From the NCBI GenBank assembly GCA_012295275.1, contig CM022679.1:9300001-9364000 (forward strand): a DNA stretch of 64,000 bases, in the 5' to 3' direction. Under the pieces are notes generated by a model, which saw only the letters and a list, made by a program, of their open reading frames with translations, did no database searches and was not told the DNA's origin. Within the stretch, counting starts at the first letter, position 1; each line of letters starts with the position of its first letter. A program made the translations under genes and the position numbers. This document shows, piece after piece, positions 48,961 through 63,010 of this stretch. Origin of the DNA: Chrysomallon squamiferum (lineage: Eukaryota; Animalia; Mollusca).

Positions 48961-50219
48961 TCCTCAACATGAACAGAGAGAAAAAATCATGAAAGCCTGA
49001 GTCAGCTTGTGAAATTCCAGAAAACTGCTCTATATCAGTGTCTTTTAGTGTGTCAGTAACTGAAGTATGTTATGTGTGGGATATACATACCTGCAGACAC
49101 ATGCAGACAAATGAGTCTGTTTGCCTTTTTGTCCAGAAAACAGAGTTACCAGTATTAAAAGTGTTCAAAAGACATTATAATTCATTTTCTTATATTTATT
49201 TTTTAATGTTGGTTATAAATGTAAATAAAACTAATTATATTTATGATTACATTGGTAATATACTAGTCTTTTACTGCAGGTACACTTCTTGTATATAGAA
49301 AAAGACAGTTGTGATTACTTTAACATTCAATAGATAAAATAATGTATTTGAGCTTTCTAGCTTTTTGAATTTATTTATTTATTTTGTATGTTTCTGTTTG
49401 TGTTGTACTGTTGCGAATAAAATTTATTTTTATTTCACCTGTTCTTGAAATAAATAATTGCATGTCATGTCATGTTTTCTGAGCAGTTGAATCCAGTATT
49501 ATATAAACAGAAGCCATGAAATAGTCACATTGGAAAATACACTGTCCAACAGATAATGGCCACATTTCCAAGAAACTATAATTATTTTCTGATCTAATGT
49601 TCCTGCTGTTGTGTTAGATAAATATTAATAATTTATATCCTAGTTTGAATTGACAGAACAGAATATACATTTAGTATCTCATTGAAAATTCCTTGTCTGT
49701 AAGTTGATTTTAGATATTTTAAATAAGAAGAAACAATTTTTAGTTGTAGATTGCCAAAGGTTTGACATATGACATATGTTGATTTACATGAATTCACCAA
49801 AAGATAATGATATTGAAACAGTAACCCATAAGGAATAGAAAACTATATATATATATATATATATATGTATATGTGTTACTATATATATATATATATATAA
49901 GGTAAGTATTTTAAGACATTATATTTTTTTTTTTTTTTTTTTTTTGTCCTTAAATTAATAAAACAAATTTAAAATTCCTTTGTGGAGAACATATTCCTTA
50001 CAGTAATAAAGAACAGCTCCATGCAGTGCTGTGTAAGCAGAAATAAAAGTTTCTATCCACAGTGTTTTAATTTGAGACATTTATTATTAGTGTCAAGGAC
50101 ACACTGCAATTCATTTAACTCAGTTTAAACTGATCAGTGGGTGGACTTCTATTTTAGGAATTCAAATTACTGTTAGTCCAAGCAACAAGCAAGCTTCCAT
50201 AGATATAACTAAACCTGTT

Positions 50220-50287
<68 letters not shown>

Positions 50288-50288
50288 T
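50220..50288. repeat. (TAA)n microsatellite
   Basis: Pure TAA run; another at ~50619-50665. Confidence 0.9.
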
Positions 50289-50618
50289 AATAAATAAATA
50301 AATAAATAAATATAATTAAATTTTAAAAATGCTCAAATTGGCAGAAATCACTAAATTATATTAATTTTCTGTAAAATTATTTTAATTGAAAAGCAACACA
50401 AACCTAGAAGCATATTTAAATTTATGTAACTAGTTTAAGAAGAAGAAAAACTTGTTTTGGATATATTTGGAATTTAATTTGATGATCTTACATAATATAT
50501 AAAATGTGTTTCTTAATTTATTTCATTAAAATGTTATGATTTGAAATTCCCTAAGTCCAGTAAGCCCATAATTACAGATTTTCAGGTTTTAAGTAGTAGT
50601 GTTCTTTTTCCAGAGTAA

Positions 50619-50668
<50 letters not shown>

Positions 50669-51254
50669 CAATAATAATAATAATAAATAAATAATAGTAA
50701 TTGTAATCGTAATAATATTAATAGTGTACGATCGTAAACAATTTCATTAAAAAAATAATAAAGAATAAGGAGAAAAGAATGATCATCAGTCGTTAGAGGA
50801 AAAGTTTGATAAGTACTGATTAAAATGAAACCACACTGAAAATCCAGCTATCGGTTTGCTTAAATCTACAACAACAAAAACCGCATTTCTATTTTTATGG
50901 TGAATGGAAAGTAGTTCAACAATAAGTTCTGAGCTTTTGTTTGTTTATCAGCGTGACGTAAAACTTCCTCGTCACCAATTTGATCATGTATTCATACGCC
51001 ATATAAATAGGAAGTCGATTTCAGCAGAAAATGTTAACACAGATCAACATTCTGAATTCTTAATAGTAAAAGACACCTTTTTATTAGCCGTTCACATCAT
51101 ACTGTGTGACTGTGAAATTTAGCATCTATATAACTAAATTAATGAGAACTAGTTGATTTCGCGTGTGTACTTCGTGTTCGCGCACCTGGCCGTAGTTCGG
51201 TCAATGACTGTTAATCAGCTGCAGCGGTAGGTGGGGTACTGGGTTCCTATTTAG

Positions 51255-51802
51255 ATGAATTCTATGGAACAGAATCAGGACTTAATTGAACGTCTGAGGA
51301 ATATATTTTGTTTGTGTGATGAAGACAACGACGGCTACATAGCAGCTGATCATTTTGGAAAGCTTGCCCAAGAACATTTCGGTGCCGCCGGTTCACAGGT
51401 ACGGTAAACTGTTCACTGTCAACTTAATTAGTTAATAGGTTAATTGTTAACTGACAGTTACAGATATACACTCAGGAAATATCTTTTATATACAGATTAA
51501 TATTATTTTAAATAAAACAGCAAAAACAACCGAAATAAATTTAGATTTTAAGTATGGCCTGTAAAATGCATTGTAGTTATATAGTGAGTTTTTGACAAGG
51601 ATGTGTATATATGATAGTTGTATAAAAACTGTATCAGGGAAAATATAAATAAAATCTCTGTAAATCCTTTAAGTTTAAAAGGAAACAGCCATTATGGATC
51701 AAAATAACACTATCCTAATGAAACTGTACATAAATATATCAAAGTTTATTTTAAAATAATAATATATATCCTCTTGGTGATTAAATACTTATTAAACATT
51801 TG

Positions 51803-51889
<87 letters not shown>

Positions 51890-52279
51890 TTTCCAACCCC
51901 ACCCTGCATCAGAGATGTCACAAAATCTATTTAGTTGTGATTCATTATGTCACATTTTAGAACTGAACATTAGTAAAAAAAAACTTTACTGTTTTATTCT
52001 GTGCAGTTGACTGTGTGCATAATTCACATGTTTAAGTGAACACTTAGTCTGTATTACCAAAAATCAACTGTCTTTGATAGGTGTGTTAACATTTTCATTT
52101 AATGCTGATATATAAAAAAAAAAATATATAGATGAAATAAAATAAAATAACAATTCAAAATATATTTGAAATTTAAGAAATGTAGTAATTAGCAGCATTC
52201 ATAGACATACATTATTATACATAATTATAAAATATTAGCAGTTACTCTTCAGATACGTTATACAGTTCATATGATTGTA

Positions 52280-52310
<31 letters not shown>

Positions 52311-52691
52311 GTGTTTGTGGTTATATGAGTACATAAATACAATTTCAGAATTGGAATTTTAATTATATCTGTACCATTGTTCAATAAATAAAAATATTTT
52401 GATAAAATGTTTTAAACGTTTTTTCATTATGCATTACGTTTATAAACACCATGAAAGCAAGGGTCATACGAGACTACAAAATGGTTTTATTTCTCCCCAG
52501 CACTTCCTGCATGCAATATATTAATTGATAACTTGATATAATCAATAATATACCTATTATTAATACACCTGTGTTTTGTTTTCAGGAAATTACTGGAATA
52601 ATCAATCTCTTGGACCCTGATGGTAGAGGCCTTATTAGTTTCGATAACTTTTGTGACGGTATTAAACAGATATTAGAAATCCAGAGTCAAG
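51255..52691 (+). CDS. RAB11FIP4: Rab11 family-interacting protein 3/4 (nuf-like), first two coding exons (EF-hand N-terminus); gene continues beyond the window
   Basis: Exons 51255-51398 and 52586-52691: MNSMEQNQDLIERLRNIFCLCDEDNDGYIAADHFGKLAQEHFGAAGSQ|EITGIINLLDPDGRGLISFDNFCDGIKQILE, matching the FIP3/4 EF-hand pattern (RLR.VF..C..D.DG..; LDP...G.I.F.DFC.G). No further confident coding exon before 64000. Confidence 0.75.
51805..51885. repeat. (CT)n microsatellite
   Basis: Pure TC run. Confidence 0.95.
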
Positions 52692-52703
52692 GTTTGTTTT
52701 TAA

Positions 52704-52749
<46 letters not shown>

Positions 52750-54671
52750 CTTTTTTAATATTATAATTATCATTTATATGTTAGTTTAGTACATATTCGT
52801 TTTGAAACAATAATTTTTTTTTACACTGATTTGTTTTGATGAGATTTGAAGTTAGTAATCAGGAAGATAAACATTTTGAAACCATGTGTCCTTTCATTCA
52901 TTTAATCTTTAGACAAAACATTAATAATTTGTGGTTTATGAATAAAAAAGATAAAAAAGGTAGATAAATAAATATTAAAAAAAATAATAATAAAATAAAA
53001 ATAAATAAAATATAAAATTAAAAAAATAATTAAAAAAAAATAATAAAAAAGTTTAAAATCTCACCTGATAAAAATCTTTTCTTTAGTAGTTGTCTGAACA
53101 TGCAAGATATATAGAATACATTTTTTTAAATCTGAGCTCAACCTTTAATCAAACAGGCTAATATTATTTGTAATTCTTATTAATTTAAAAAAAATAATAA
53201 CTGTAGTAAATAATAAAAGCATTAATGATATATTGTTTTGTTATTTTTATTGACTTTGGTTAAAATAAACATTCTAGGTTTTCTATTGTGTTGTTTCAGT
53301 AGGGATAGTTCAAAGTTAAATACTTAACATTATCATATGCATGTTCTCATAAAATAACAAACTTATTATGCAGACAGTTTTTGAAGGAGGCCAAAATATC
53401 ATCATCATTATCATCATTTATATCATTATCATTATCATTTTAATTTTTAATTTATTATTATCATTTAAATAAACTGTTGATTTGAGAAAGACCATTTAAA
53501 AGTCAAATCGTAAACCATGCAAATTAATATCTGTCAGTATTATATAAATTTAAAATTTATATGACATTAATGCAGCATGTTCAGATACATAAAGCTAACA
53601 CTAAGACCTAAATATCTTGTTTACTGGGGCAGATTACATAATTACAAAAACTTAATTAACATAAATAATACAGGAACACAGTTCTGTTTTTCATTTTTTT
53701 TAATATCAAACAGACTTGTATTACTAAGTATCAGAATGTTTCTTTCATACCTGAAATGTCAGGATGGACTTAGCTTGTCAGGTATAAAATCAGTTATAGA
53801 ATTTTCATGATCAGGGCTGCATTTAGATGTCCCGAAGCCCCAATCTGTGAAAAGGTGTTGAGGCCCTCTTTGGGTAAAGGTTAATGTTAAGTTAAATGAA
53901 ATTATTGGAGGTCTGTTCAAACTGTGAGGCCCCTGTTTGTTTATCTTATTTTGAAATCTTGTGGTTCTATTCACTTCTGAGTATATAAGAGAATTTATAT
54001 ACACAAATACACATGTAATTTTAAATAGAATGAGACAGCCAGTTATAAATATTCATCTATATTCATCTACAGCAACATGAGTAAAAGAGTTTGGTTCAAT
54101 AAAATAACATATGAAAAATGAAATAAAGAAAGTGTGCCTTGAAATAAAAAAAAAAAAAAAAAATTTAAATTAATATGCCTGTTTCCTCCAGAAATCTGTT
54201 ATTTGCATTGGTTCTGAATAAAATTAAATTTTGTTAATGTTTTGCTAAACAGTTGTGATAATGAAACTGTTATTTAGATGTAATGTAAAAAGAGTTTTTA
54301 TTTGACATGAATATAATAGTATGTATTGTTCTTTCAGTTAATTTATTAAGAAATTCTGTTCGCATATACAGTGAATTAGTTATATATAATATAAATATTT
54401 AAATTTGCTAGTTTGCAGGGTTTTTTTTATGTTTTTCCAAATTAATGTCTGTGTGAATGTATTGCATGTCTGTGTGTCCATTTCATTTTAATAATGCTTT
54501 TTATTTTTATAGTTCAAATTCAAGATACATGTGTAAAGGATATCAGTGATGTGTCACACATTAAGGTAAGATTTCACAGTTTATATATTACTGTAAGCCT
54601 CTATTCCATGTTATTTTATATCGCTGGCTTTCATACTCTCTCTCTCTCACCCAATAACAAGTATGTTTTTC

Positions 54672-54706
54672 ATGCTGGGGTGTCGTTAAACATTCATTCA
54701 TTCATT
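54672..54706 (+). mobile_element. Short retroposon (SINE-like) 3' tail fragment
   Basis: ATGCTGGGGTGTCGTTAAACATTCATTCATTCATT; second copy at 8066-8096. Confidence 0.5.
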
Positions 54707-57591
54707 GTATTCTGTATTAGTAACCATATGCCGTTTTGAAAAGTAACAAGTTATGTTTATTCTGTAGTCTGTGTATTGTATAATGAACCGACATTTATAT
54801 GTATTGAGTACATCATGTTATACAGAATTGTAGAAGACTGCATTATATAATCTTTAATTTATGTTCAAGAATCTGTGAGCAGAATTTTAAATTTAGCCTT
54901 TATTTATTATTATTATTAATATTCTTATTATTTTTTTAAGTTTAGCCTTTTTTTTAAATTATTATTGTTATTATTATTATTTTTTTTTTTTTTTTTTTTT
55001 TTTTTGCTTTTGTGACTCAAGCATGTCCTGTGAACTGCACTTAAGAGAATTTTAGAAATGTGATAAAAAAAAAAAGTTAGGTGATTGTGGCTAAACACAA
55101 GTACAATGCCTTTCATTCTTCTGCTGCAGTTGAAACATTTTATACCTGATTTTCATTATGAAAACAATGTGTCACTGCCTTGGTGGGTCTCCTCACACAT
55201 TTTAAATTTTTTTTTTTAAAACCCAAAGAAACCAAAAACCTGTATCTAAACTTTTTTTTTTAATAATATACCATATCTACCATTTTGGAAATGATCTAAT
55301 ATTTTTTAGAAAATGATTTTGTGTGAGAGTGAATTTTTCTTCTTATTTTGTTTTTGTTTTTTGTTTGTTTTGGAAACTGGTTTATATCAGTTTTTCAGTC
55401 ACCATCAACTTACATATATATGAACCTGGTGTTTACTTTAATGAAACTGCACTTTTAAAATCTTCTTACAGGATTATTTTAAATCACAGCAATATGATAA
55501 AACACTGTTGGATTTGCACCATGAAGTCTAAATGTGTTTTCTTTAAATACAACACTAAAAAGTATTATTTTCATATTGTAACCAGTCCAGCATCTGTTTG
55601 ATTTACAAGTGATCACACTTGGAGTCACAACACATAATGTAAAAATACGTTTCTGTAAATATAAGACTCGAGTATAATTTTATACTCTGACCAGTTCTGT
55701 GTGTGGCCAGTGTTATAGGTGGGAGGTCGGGTTAAGTAATGAGAAAACACTTAAAAGGTTTCTTCAAATCACACTTCCCATTTGCACAGAAACAGGAAAA
55801 ACTCCGTCTTAAACCAGTTTGTGTGGCTTGAAAGAGAAACAGGAGTGGAATTACGGTTTACTGTGATTGTTAATTTATGAAGTACGGAACAGTTATTTTA
55901 ACTATGTTTCTGTCATCCAGAACGGTATTTCATTTGTATACATCAAGTAGAATCATAATGTAGAATTGTGTCTGTTCAGAAGATTAGAGTTATTGGTTTT
56001 GAAATACATACATATTTGATCTTCAGTGCAGTAAATGTTTATGTATGTAAAAAAAAAAGCATAATTATTATTAAAGTTATAGGTTTTGAAATATGTATTT
56101 GATTTTACATATGTAGAAAAGCAGCATTTCAAAATTAATTATCAATTAAAATTATAAGTTTTGAAATAGGTATTTGTATTTTCAGTGCATAAAGAGTTAG
56201 AGAGAAATTTTCAAGACATTATAATAATTCATTTTCTTAATTTTTACCCATATAGAAACAAACGTACACAAATAAAATAATGTGACCAATATACTTGCTG
56301 ATACTGTATATAATCCACACACAGTTTCTTACTCTCTTTTGTCAGTAATTACCACACCAAGAGGCAGTAAAAACATGCTATAAAAATTAGTAAAAGGAAT
56401 GGCAGTAATTTACATATTTACACAGGGTCTGAGCCAACATAATGACACCCAGTCAGTGAAACAGTCTCCTTTGTTGTGCAGTTCTAGCAAACTAATTTTT
56501 TTTCTTCTTTTTTTTTACCTCATCAGCCTGCCTCCACCACCCCCCAGAAACCCCTCCCACGTCAAAACAGTTCAGTTTTTTGTTTAAAATAATCGCAGTG
56601 TTAGTACAGATCGCATCACTGTGTGATGATTGTTCTGTCATTTTGTTTACTGAAGTTTTTGCTTTTCGTGGACCAATCTCTGCAGGAACTTGTTTCAACA
56701 GTGGGTTTCAGTTTTAGCAGATTAGTTAATAATCATTGTCTGTATTTAGAGCTGTTAAACAAGGAAACAGGAAAGTATGTAATGAGAAAACTGCAGGTAA
56801 TTAGCTATATAAATTTATTTTTTCTATACATTTAATAAAGGTTTGTTGAAGTGAAAATCAAAAACATACTTGAAAACGGATAACCTTAATAACAATTTAT
56901 TTTGAAATACTGCTTATTTTACACATGTAACACTTTATTTGCACTGAAGATTAAATACATATATGTATTTAAAAACCAAATAACTTTATTAATAATTTAT
57001 TTTGAAATTCTGTGTTGTTCATGTTACATGTTTTAGCATCTGTTTTTAGCAACCACACATCCCAACAATATTAGTCAACGGAAAACTATTTTGATATGTT
57101 TAATTACTAACTGGCAATTTCATCTTTAATTCTAAGAATGTATTATCAGTTATCAATCAATCAGAGAAGTTACCTAAATCATCACAGGTAATATAAGTAA
57201 TCTATAATAAGTTCAGAAAAAAAAAAAATTAGAAAAAAAAAATGAAGAGGAAGAGAAAATAAACATCACAGTTTAACAGTTCATAGCACATTTGTAAATC
57301 ACAGCTGTATTCCAGTGTTAATTTATCTGCCTGACAGTTGCTGACAGATCATTCTCATGTTTATTATTGTTAGTTTTTATTATAGTTAACTGTACTGCGT
57401 TGTATTGCACTGCATTGTATTGTTGTACTGTACTGTACTGTATTGTACTGCAATATACTATATATTATATTATTCATTTTATTTTATTTTATTATTTTTT
57501 GTACTTATTATTATTGTTATTATTATTATTTATTATCATTATTTAATTTCATTATTATTATTATTATTATTATTTATTATTATTATTTTTA

Positions 57592-57636
<45 letters not shown>

Positions 57637-58172
57637 TTTAATTTTCTTTAAAAAAAAAAATATAAATTTGTTCTTTGCGCTAAGTATGTTTGTAGTTCAG
57701 TTTAATTAAGACATTTGCGTGATGACCAGATTTACTTTATGTTACTGATATTATAATACACAGAAACCTAAGTCAATATCAAAGTACTCATTCTAATTCA
57801 CCATAACAATAGTCCAGGTGAAATGAAACACACGAGTGTGTTAGAAGCTATAAGAAGATCTGTGTGTTTTATCAAGTTCACTTGCTGAGAGCTATGTTAC
57901 CACATTGGTTATATAACAGTTATTAAACAGCATCTCCTTCGTTACATATTGTAAGTACCTCACATTCTTACATAACATATATATATATATATAACGCCAG
58001 CTTCTTCACCTTGTTTTATAAGGATGTCTGACTGTGTGAAGAGTTGTGTGTTTTATTAAGTTTATTTGCTGGAAGCAGTGTTAACACATTCTTACATAAC
58101 ACATATAAAACAACATTATCTTCACCATGTTTTATAAGGACCTCGCAGTATTGTGTTTTACTGCTTCTTTGG

Positions 58173-58434
58173 CAGTGGTGTGCAGAGGTCTGGTGATGCC
58201 TGGGGCCAAATCCTGGATTGTATGCCCCAAAGACTCAAGTACTGAGAAATATTATGAGAATGGAAGATATTTTGAATATGTAAACACAGATGAAACATAA
58301 AAGAAAACACGTTATTCAATTTAAATATAAATCAACCAGATTTATTAAGTTTTTTTTCTTTGATTGGATGCCCTCCCCCATGTGGATGCCCAGGGCCACC
58401 GCCCCTTTGCTCCACCCCTTTCTGCATGCCACTG
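58173..58434. mobile_element. hAT-type MITE (262 bp)
   Basis: TIRs CAGTGGTGTGCAGAGG / CTTTCTGCATGCCACTG; degenerate 8-bp TSD TTCTTTGG / TTCTTCAG; internal GATGCCC subterminal repeats. Confidence 0.7.
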
Positions 58435-61215
58435 TTCTTCAGTTCGCCAGGAAGTAGCTGTGTGCGGGAGATAACATTCACTGCAAATAAGGTTGTTTCA
58501 AGTTGGTTGATGACTAATACTGCTAACAAAAAAAATACTGGATTTACTTGTTCAAGTAATTGCTTATGCAGTAAATTCTCTTGTTGTTTTGTAGTTCCCA
58601 CAAACCCACTGTATTCAAAACTATGCATCAAACATTATTGATTGTTATTTTTATGATTAATGACAGTTCAGAAGTGTCTGTAATTTTCTTTCTAACATTT
58701 CGAGGTGAGTTTATACACAAAGTCCACCAAAAAAATAAGACGTTGTTGATGCATGACAATTTTGTGAAAAGTGACGTGTGAATGTCCAAATAGCCTGCAC
58801 TTAGAAAAAGGAAGGATTTTTTTTTTTTTTTTTTTTTTTAAATTTTATATTTCATGCATGAATTGTATATAAAATAACCCATGACTAATGCATTATATGT
58901 AAATCAGCTGTAGATGAAAAACACTTCCTTTTTTTTTTTTTACCTGAAAGTGAAAGGTGTTTTGCTCTAATTTAAAAACAAAAAAATCTCCAGCGAGAGG
59001 TGTTGACCTAGTAAACTTGATGGTGGTACTACAAGAAGTGGAAATAAGCCGATTATTATTAACAAGCTGATCATGGTTAACAGCTTAACTTGTCACAAGT
59101 CATTAACTCTCTTCCTTGCTGTGTGTCCAGATCCAGCAAAATCAGGTATTTAAAAAAACAACAAAAAAAACCCAACTATTTCTGTCTGTGTCTGTTCATC
59201 CTTTATGCCGACTGACAATCAGGTTCATCAGTTTAACTCAAATATCACATTACTTCAAACTGTGTTAATGTCTTTCTCTAGTTTGATAACAACAATAGTG
59301 TAGTGTAAATTAATCAGTAATTAAAACAGTTATCGTGGTTTAGAGGTCATCACTGAGGTCAATTCATGTCACACAGATTAATTTAATATTTTCTAGAATA
59401 CTTATGATACAGCAGAGGCTAATTTGATTGGGATCTACACACTAAAAACAGGTAGCTGGGTTAGATCTATGCCATGGAAAAACAACAGTCATATAAGGTG
59501 ATCCATGTTTTCAAAGAAATGTTTTCAATGATGTTACAAAATTTCATCTACCTTTTTTGTTTGCCCCAAAAGTGAAATATAATAATTACAAACTTAACAA
59601 TTTGATTATCAAAAATTAAGTTTACCTGTGATATGTTGTAGATTTTGTAACTCCGATTTTAATTTTAATTTTAATTTTTTAGACTTTTCTAATGTAAAGT
59701 CATTTAGGATTCTCAGTATAGGAAATTGATTATTCAGATAATGAAAGAAGCTATCTCTGAATTAACTGAGTATGTTGAAAAACAGTTCATTTTTTTATTT
59801 TTATTTTTATTCTTCTATTTAAATTATATATATACAGATTTGCATATAACATTGCACACAAGGTTCAGTAATTTTTTTTTTAGAGTTAATATCGTCATTT
59901 ACCCTCAAAGCATAAAATCTTGAATATTTATTTGTTTGTGTGGGTGGAATGAACACATGGTTAATTTAAAGATATGTGGTTTCCGATGAACGTCATTGAA
60001 AATTGGGAAAACACAGAAAGTGAAATGATTACAAGGTTTCGTCATAGAAACAGCTGATGTGTTTACTACGCATTCCTGTAAATATCAATTACATGATGTC
60101 ATAACTGACTTCATATTTAGTGTGAAAACCATCTGTGTCATGTATTGTTGGTGTGTTTAAATGTTTGTACTGGTTGTCCCCGGTTAATACAGAGTAATGT
60201 AATATGTTGATAGGTTCATTCATGAAAAAGATAGAAGTCCATGCTTGTTTCAATTTTTTTATTTTATTATTATTATTATTTATTTGTTTAATTTAATTTA
60301 ATTTATATATATATATATATGTTTTTAGTCTATTTTTTGTTTATTTATTTATTTTTTATTTTGATTGATTTTATTTTATTTTATTATTATTTATTTTATT
60401 ATTATTTACTATATTTATTTTTTTTTATATTTATTTAGTTTTAATTAATTTTATTTTTATATATTTTTTTCTTATTAAATTAGTTTTAAAAAAATATTTA
60501 TATTATTTTAGTGTTGTAAATGAAACTGGACATTGTAAGATTTGTCATTATTTTTGTTTTCATATTCTTATACATTATGCACACCACTGAGTTAATGTAG
60601 ATCTGCGTGGTAAAGAATTTGTCTTAGTATGTTATTGATCATTTTGATCGATTACCTGGTCATTTACCTGTCATGACAGGTATTTTGTATAGTGTTTCAT
60701 AGAGCTGATCTGAAAACACATCAATCTGTACATCTCACAGATTTTTTTTTTATCGTACAAATACACCTACAAGGTATTTTTTCTTATACCTGGTACTGTA
60801 AGACAGTAAGACATTATTTAGGTGTTGATACTGAAGACAGAAAACACACACAATCACATATGTATTTATATATGATGTGTGTGGTGTGTGTGTGTGTTTG
60901 TTATTTTTATAATTTTTTTTTTCAAGTGTAAAGCATTAATGGTGGTGTGCATACAGATGAACAGGTAAAGAAAAGAAAAAAGAAATCCAAATTTGAAACC
61001 TACATTTCATCTTCATTCACAACCAGCTTGTAAGAGAGTCCTGTCAGAGAGACCAAACTGACTGTTTAAAACTCTATGTGCTACACTCAGTACTAAAAAC
61101 AACTTTGAGTTAATTAATAAAACTCGTCGTTCAGACCACTGTGACAGATGACAGGTAAGTGGGGTGACAAGACAGATCACATTCACATTTGATGGCTTGT
61201 AATTCACAAACAGTC

Positions 61216-61488
61216 CAGTCACCCCGCTGCCGGTGGTACAGTCACCCGGCTGTCGGTGGTACAGTCACCCTGTAGTCGGTGGTACAGTCACCCCAGTTGG
61301 TGGTACAGTCACCCTGTTGTCATTGATACGGTCACTCTGTCATCGGTGGTACAGTCACCCTGTTGTCGGTGGTACAGTCACCCTGCTGTCAGTGGTACAG
61401 TCACCCTGCTGTCAGTGGTACAGTCACCCTGCTGTCAGTGGTACACTCACCCTGTCGTCAGTGGTACAGTCACCCGGCTGTCGGTGAC
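61216..61488. repeat. GC-rich minisatellite, ~23-bp unit GTGGTACAGTCACCCTGCTGTCA, ~12 copies
   Basis: Direct tandem copies with point variants and no unique spacers; explains the overlapping repetitive ORFs at 61233-61659. Confidence 0.9.
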
Positions 61489-62881
61489 ATTTTAACTTTC
61501 ACCTGGTGTCTTTGTGTGAAAATGAAAACACGGCAGCTTTCTTCCATTGATTTTTTGTTTTTTAACCTGGTGGTTATTTCAGTTGTACGGAACAGAACAA
61601 ATGAACACATGTTACAAGTGACTCAACTCCGATACATGAGACAGACATCATCCATTTAGATATGTGTGTTTGAAATAATACTGACCCCAGCTTAAAGATT
61701 AAACACAGTCATGATTGAGTTATTTTTATGAAAATATGTTTATTATATACAATATGTTTATGTTATGTGTATACACTGTATGACTTGTGTTATGTATATT
61801 ATGATACATTTATATTGTCAGGTATTTGCATTCTGATATATTTATATTTATCTGGTCTAATATGATACATTTCTATAGTCATAATATATTTATATTGTTA
61901 CATATGATATAATACATGATATATTTATATTGTTACATATGTGCATTATATACAAAATATTTATACCATCATAAAATAATGTTACACTTATGGTTACTTA
62001 AATCACAAATTTATATTGACATACACACATATATATATATTAGATATGGTGCATATTATATTGTTATATCTCTATATTATATGATGATATTAGTGGACTC
62101 AACATAGAGCATATTTACATCATGCATTCCAGACTTGGGGCAAACATATTTAAAACTGGGTTAAAATAATTGACAGTTTGTGCATGTTATCATAACAGAT
62201 TTGTTTAGCTTGGCCAGTTCAAGGAAATGTTTTATAAACAATAGTTAAAAAAAATAATAATAATAAAAAAAATAACAAAAAGTTGTAGCTTTATTACTGC
62301 AGGTTGTTTTGACCCATAACAAGTTTCATTTATATTATAAAATTAGTAATAATTATAATTTCTAGGTTTTTAAAATAAATAAATAAATAAATAAATAAAG
62401 TTAATAAGTAAGTAAGTTAGTTAATTAGTTTGTAAGTTAGTTAGTTGGTAACTCAGTAAGTTTCTTACTTAGTAAATAAGTTAGTAAATGAGTAAGTTAG
62501 TAAATTAGTAAGTAAAAATTGTAAAAATGAAATGTTAATATGTCAGCTGGAATGGTCAGTTGATTAACTCATAAGCTGATCATTTGAAATCAATCACAAG
62601 AACTGGCCAAGTAATTGATTTTGTTCTCTCTCTCTCTTAAACATGTTTATTAATAATTTACACTCACAACACAAGTGTCCCTGGAGTAACCAGTCTCCAC
62701 TAGCTGAGTGTTTTAATTGTGTTTGTTTTAAGTCAAAGAGAAATGTTAATAAACTAATTTCATACCTGTGTTTAGAAGATGCTATTGTACATTAAAACAG
62801 TAGTTAATTTACAAGCATTAATAAACTCACAGTATCCTGATACTCATTAAGATGTATACATACATACATACATACACACAT

Positions 62882-62913
<32 letters not shown>

Positions 62914-62968
62914 GCAAACACACACATATATATGTATAATACATGATGTATTTATATTGTTACATACA

Positions 62969-63010
<42 letters not shown>

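Noticed and set aside
53810-53945. hAT-like MITE starting CAGGGCTGCATTTAG with GAGGCCC motifs
   Set aside because: Only one terminus visible, with no matching TIR or TSD.
57405-57709. Hydrophobic Tyr/Ile/Leu-rich ORFs
   Set aside because: Translations of (TAT)n low-complexity repeats.
58332-58641. Pro/Cys- or Gly-rich ORFs on both strands
   Set aside because: They overlap the GC-rich end of a MITE; no splice or homology support.
61216-61659. CRISPR-like array or Cys/Trp-rich repeat protein
   Set aside because: The repeats are contiguous with no unique spacers, there are no cas genes and the context is eukaryotic; the ORFs are artefacts of a 23-bp minisatellite read in several frames.
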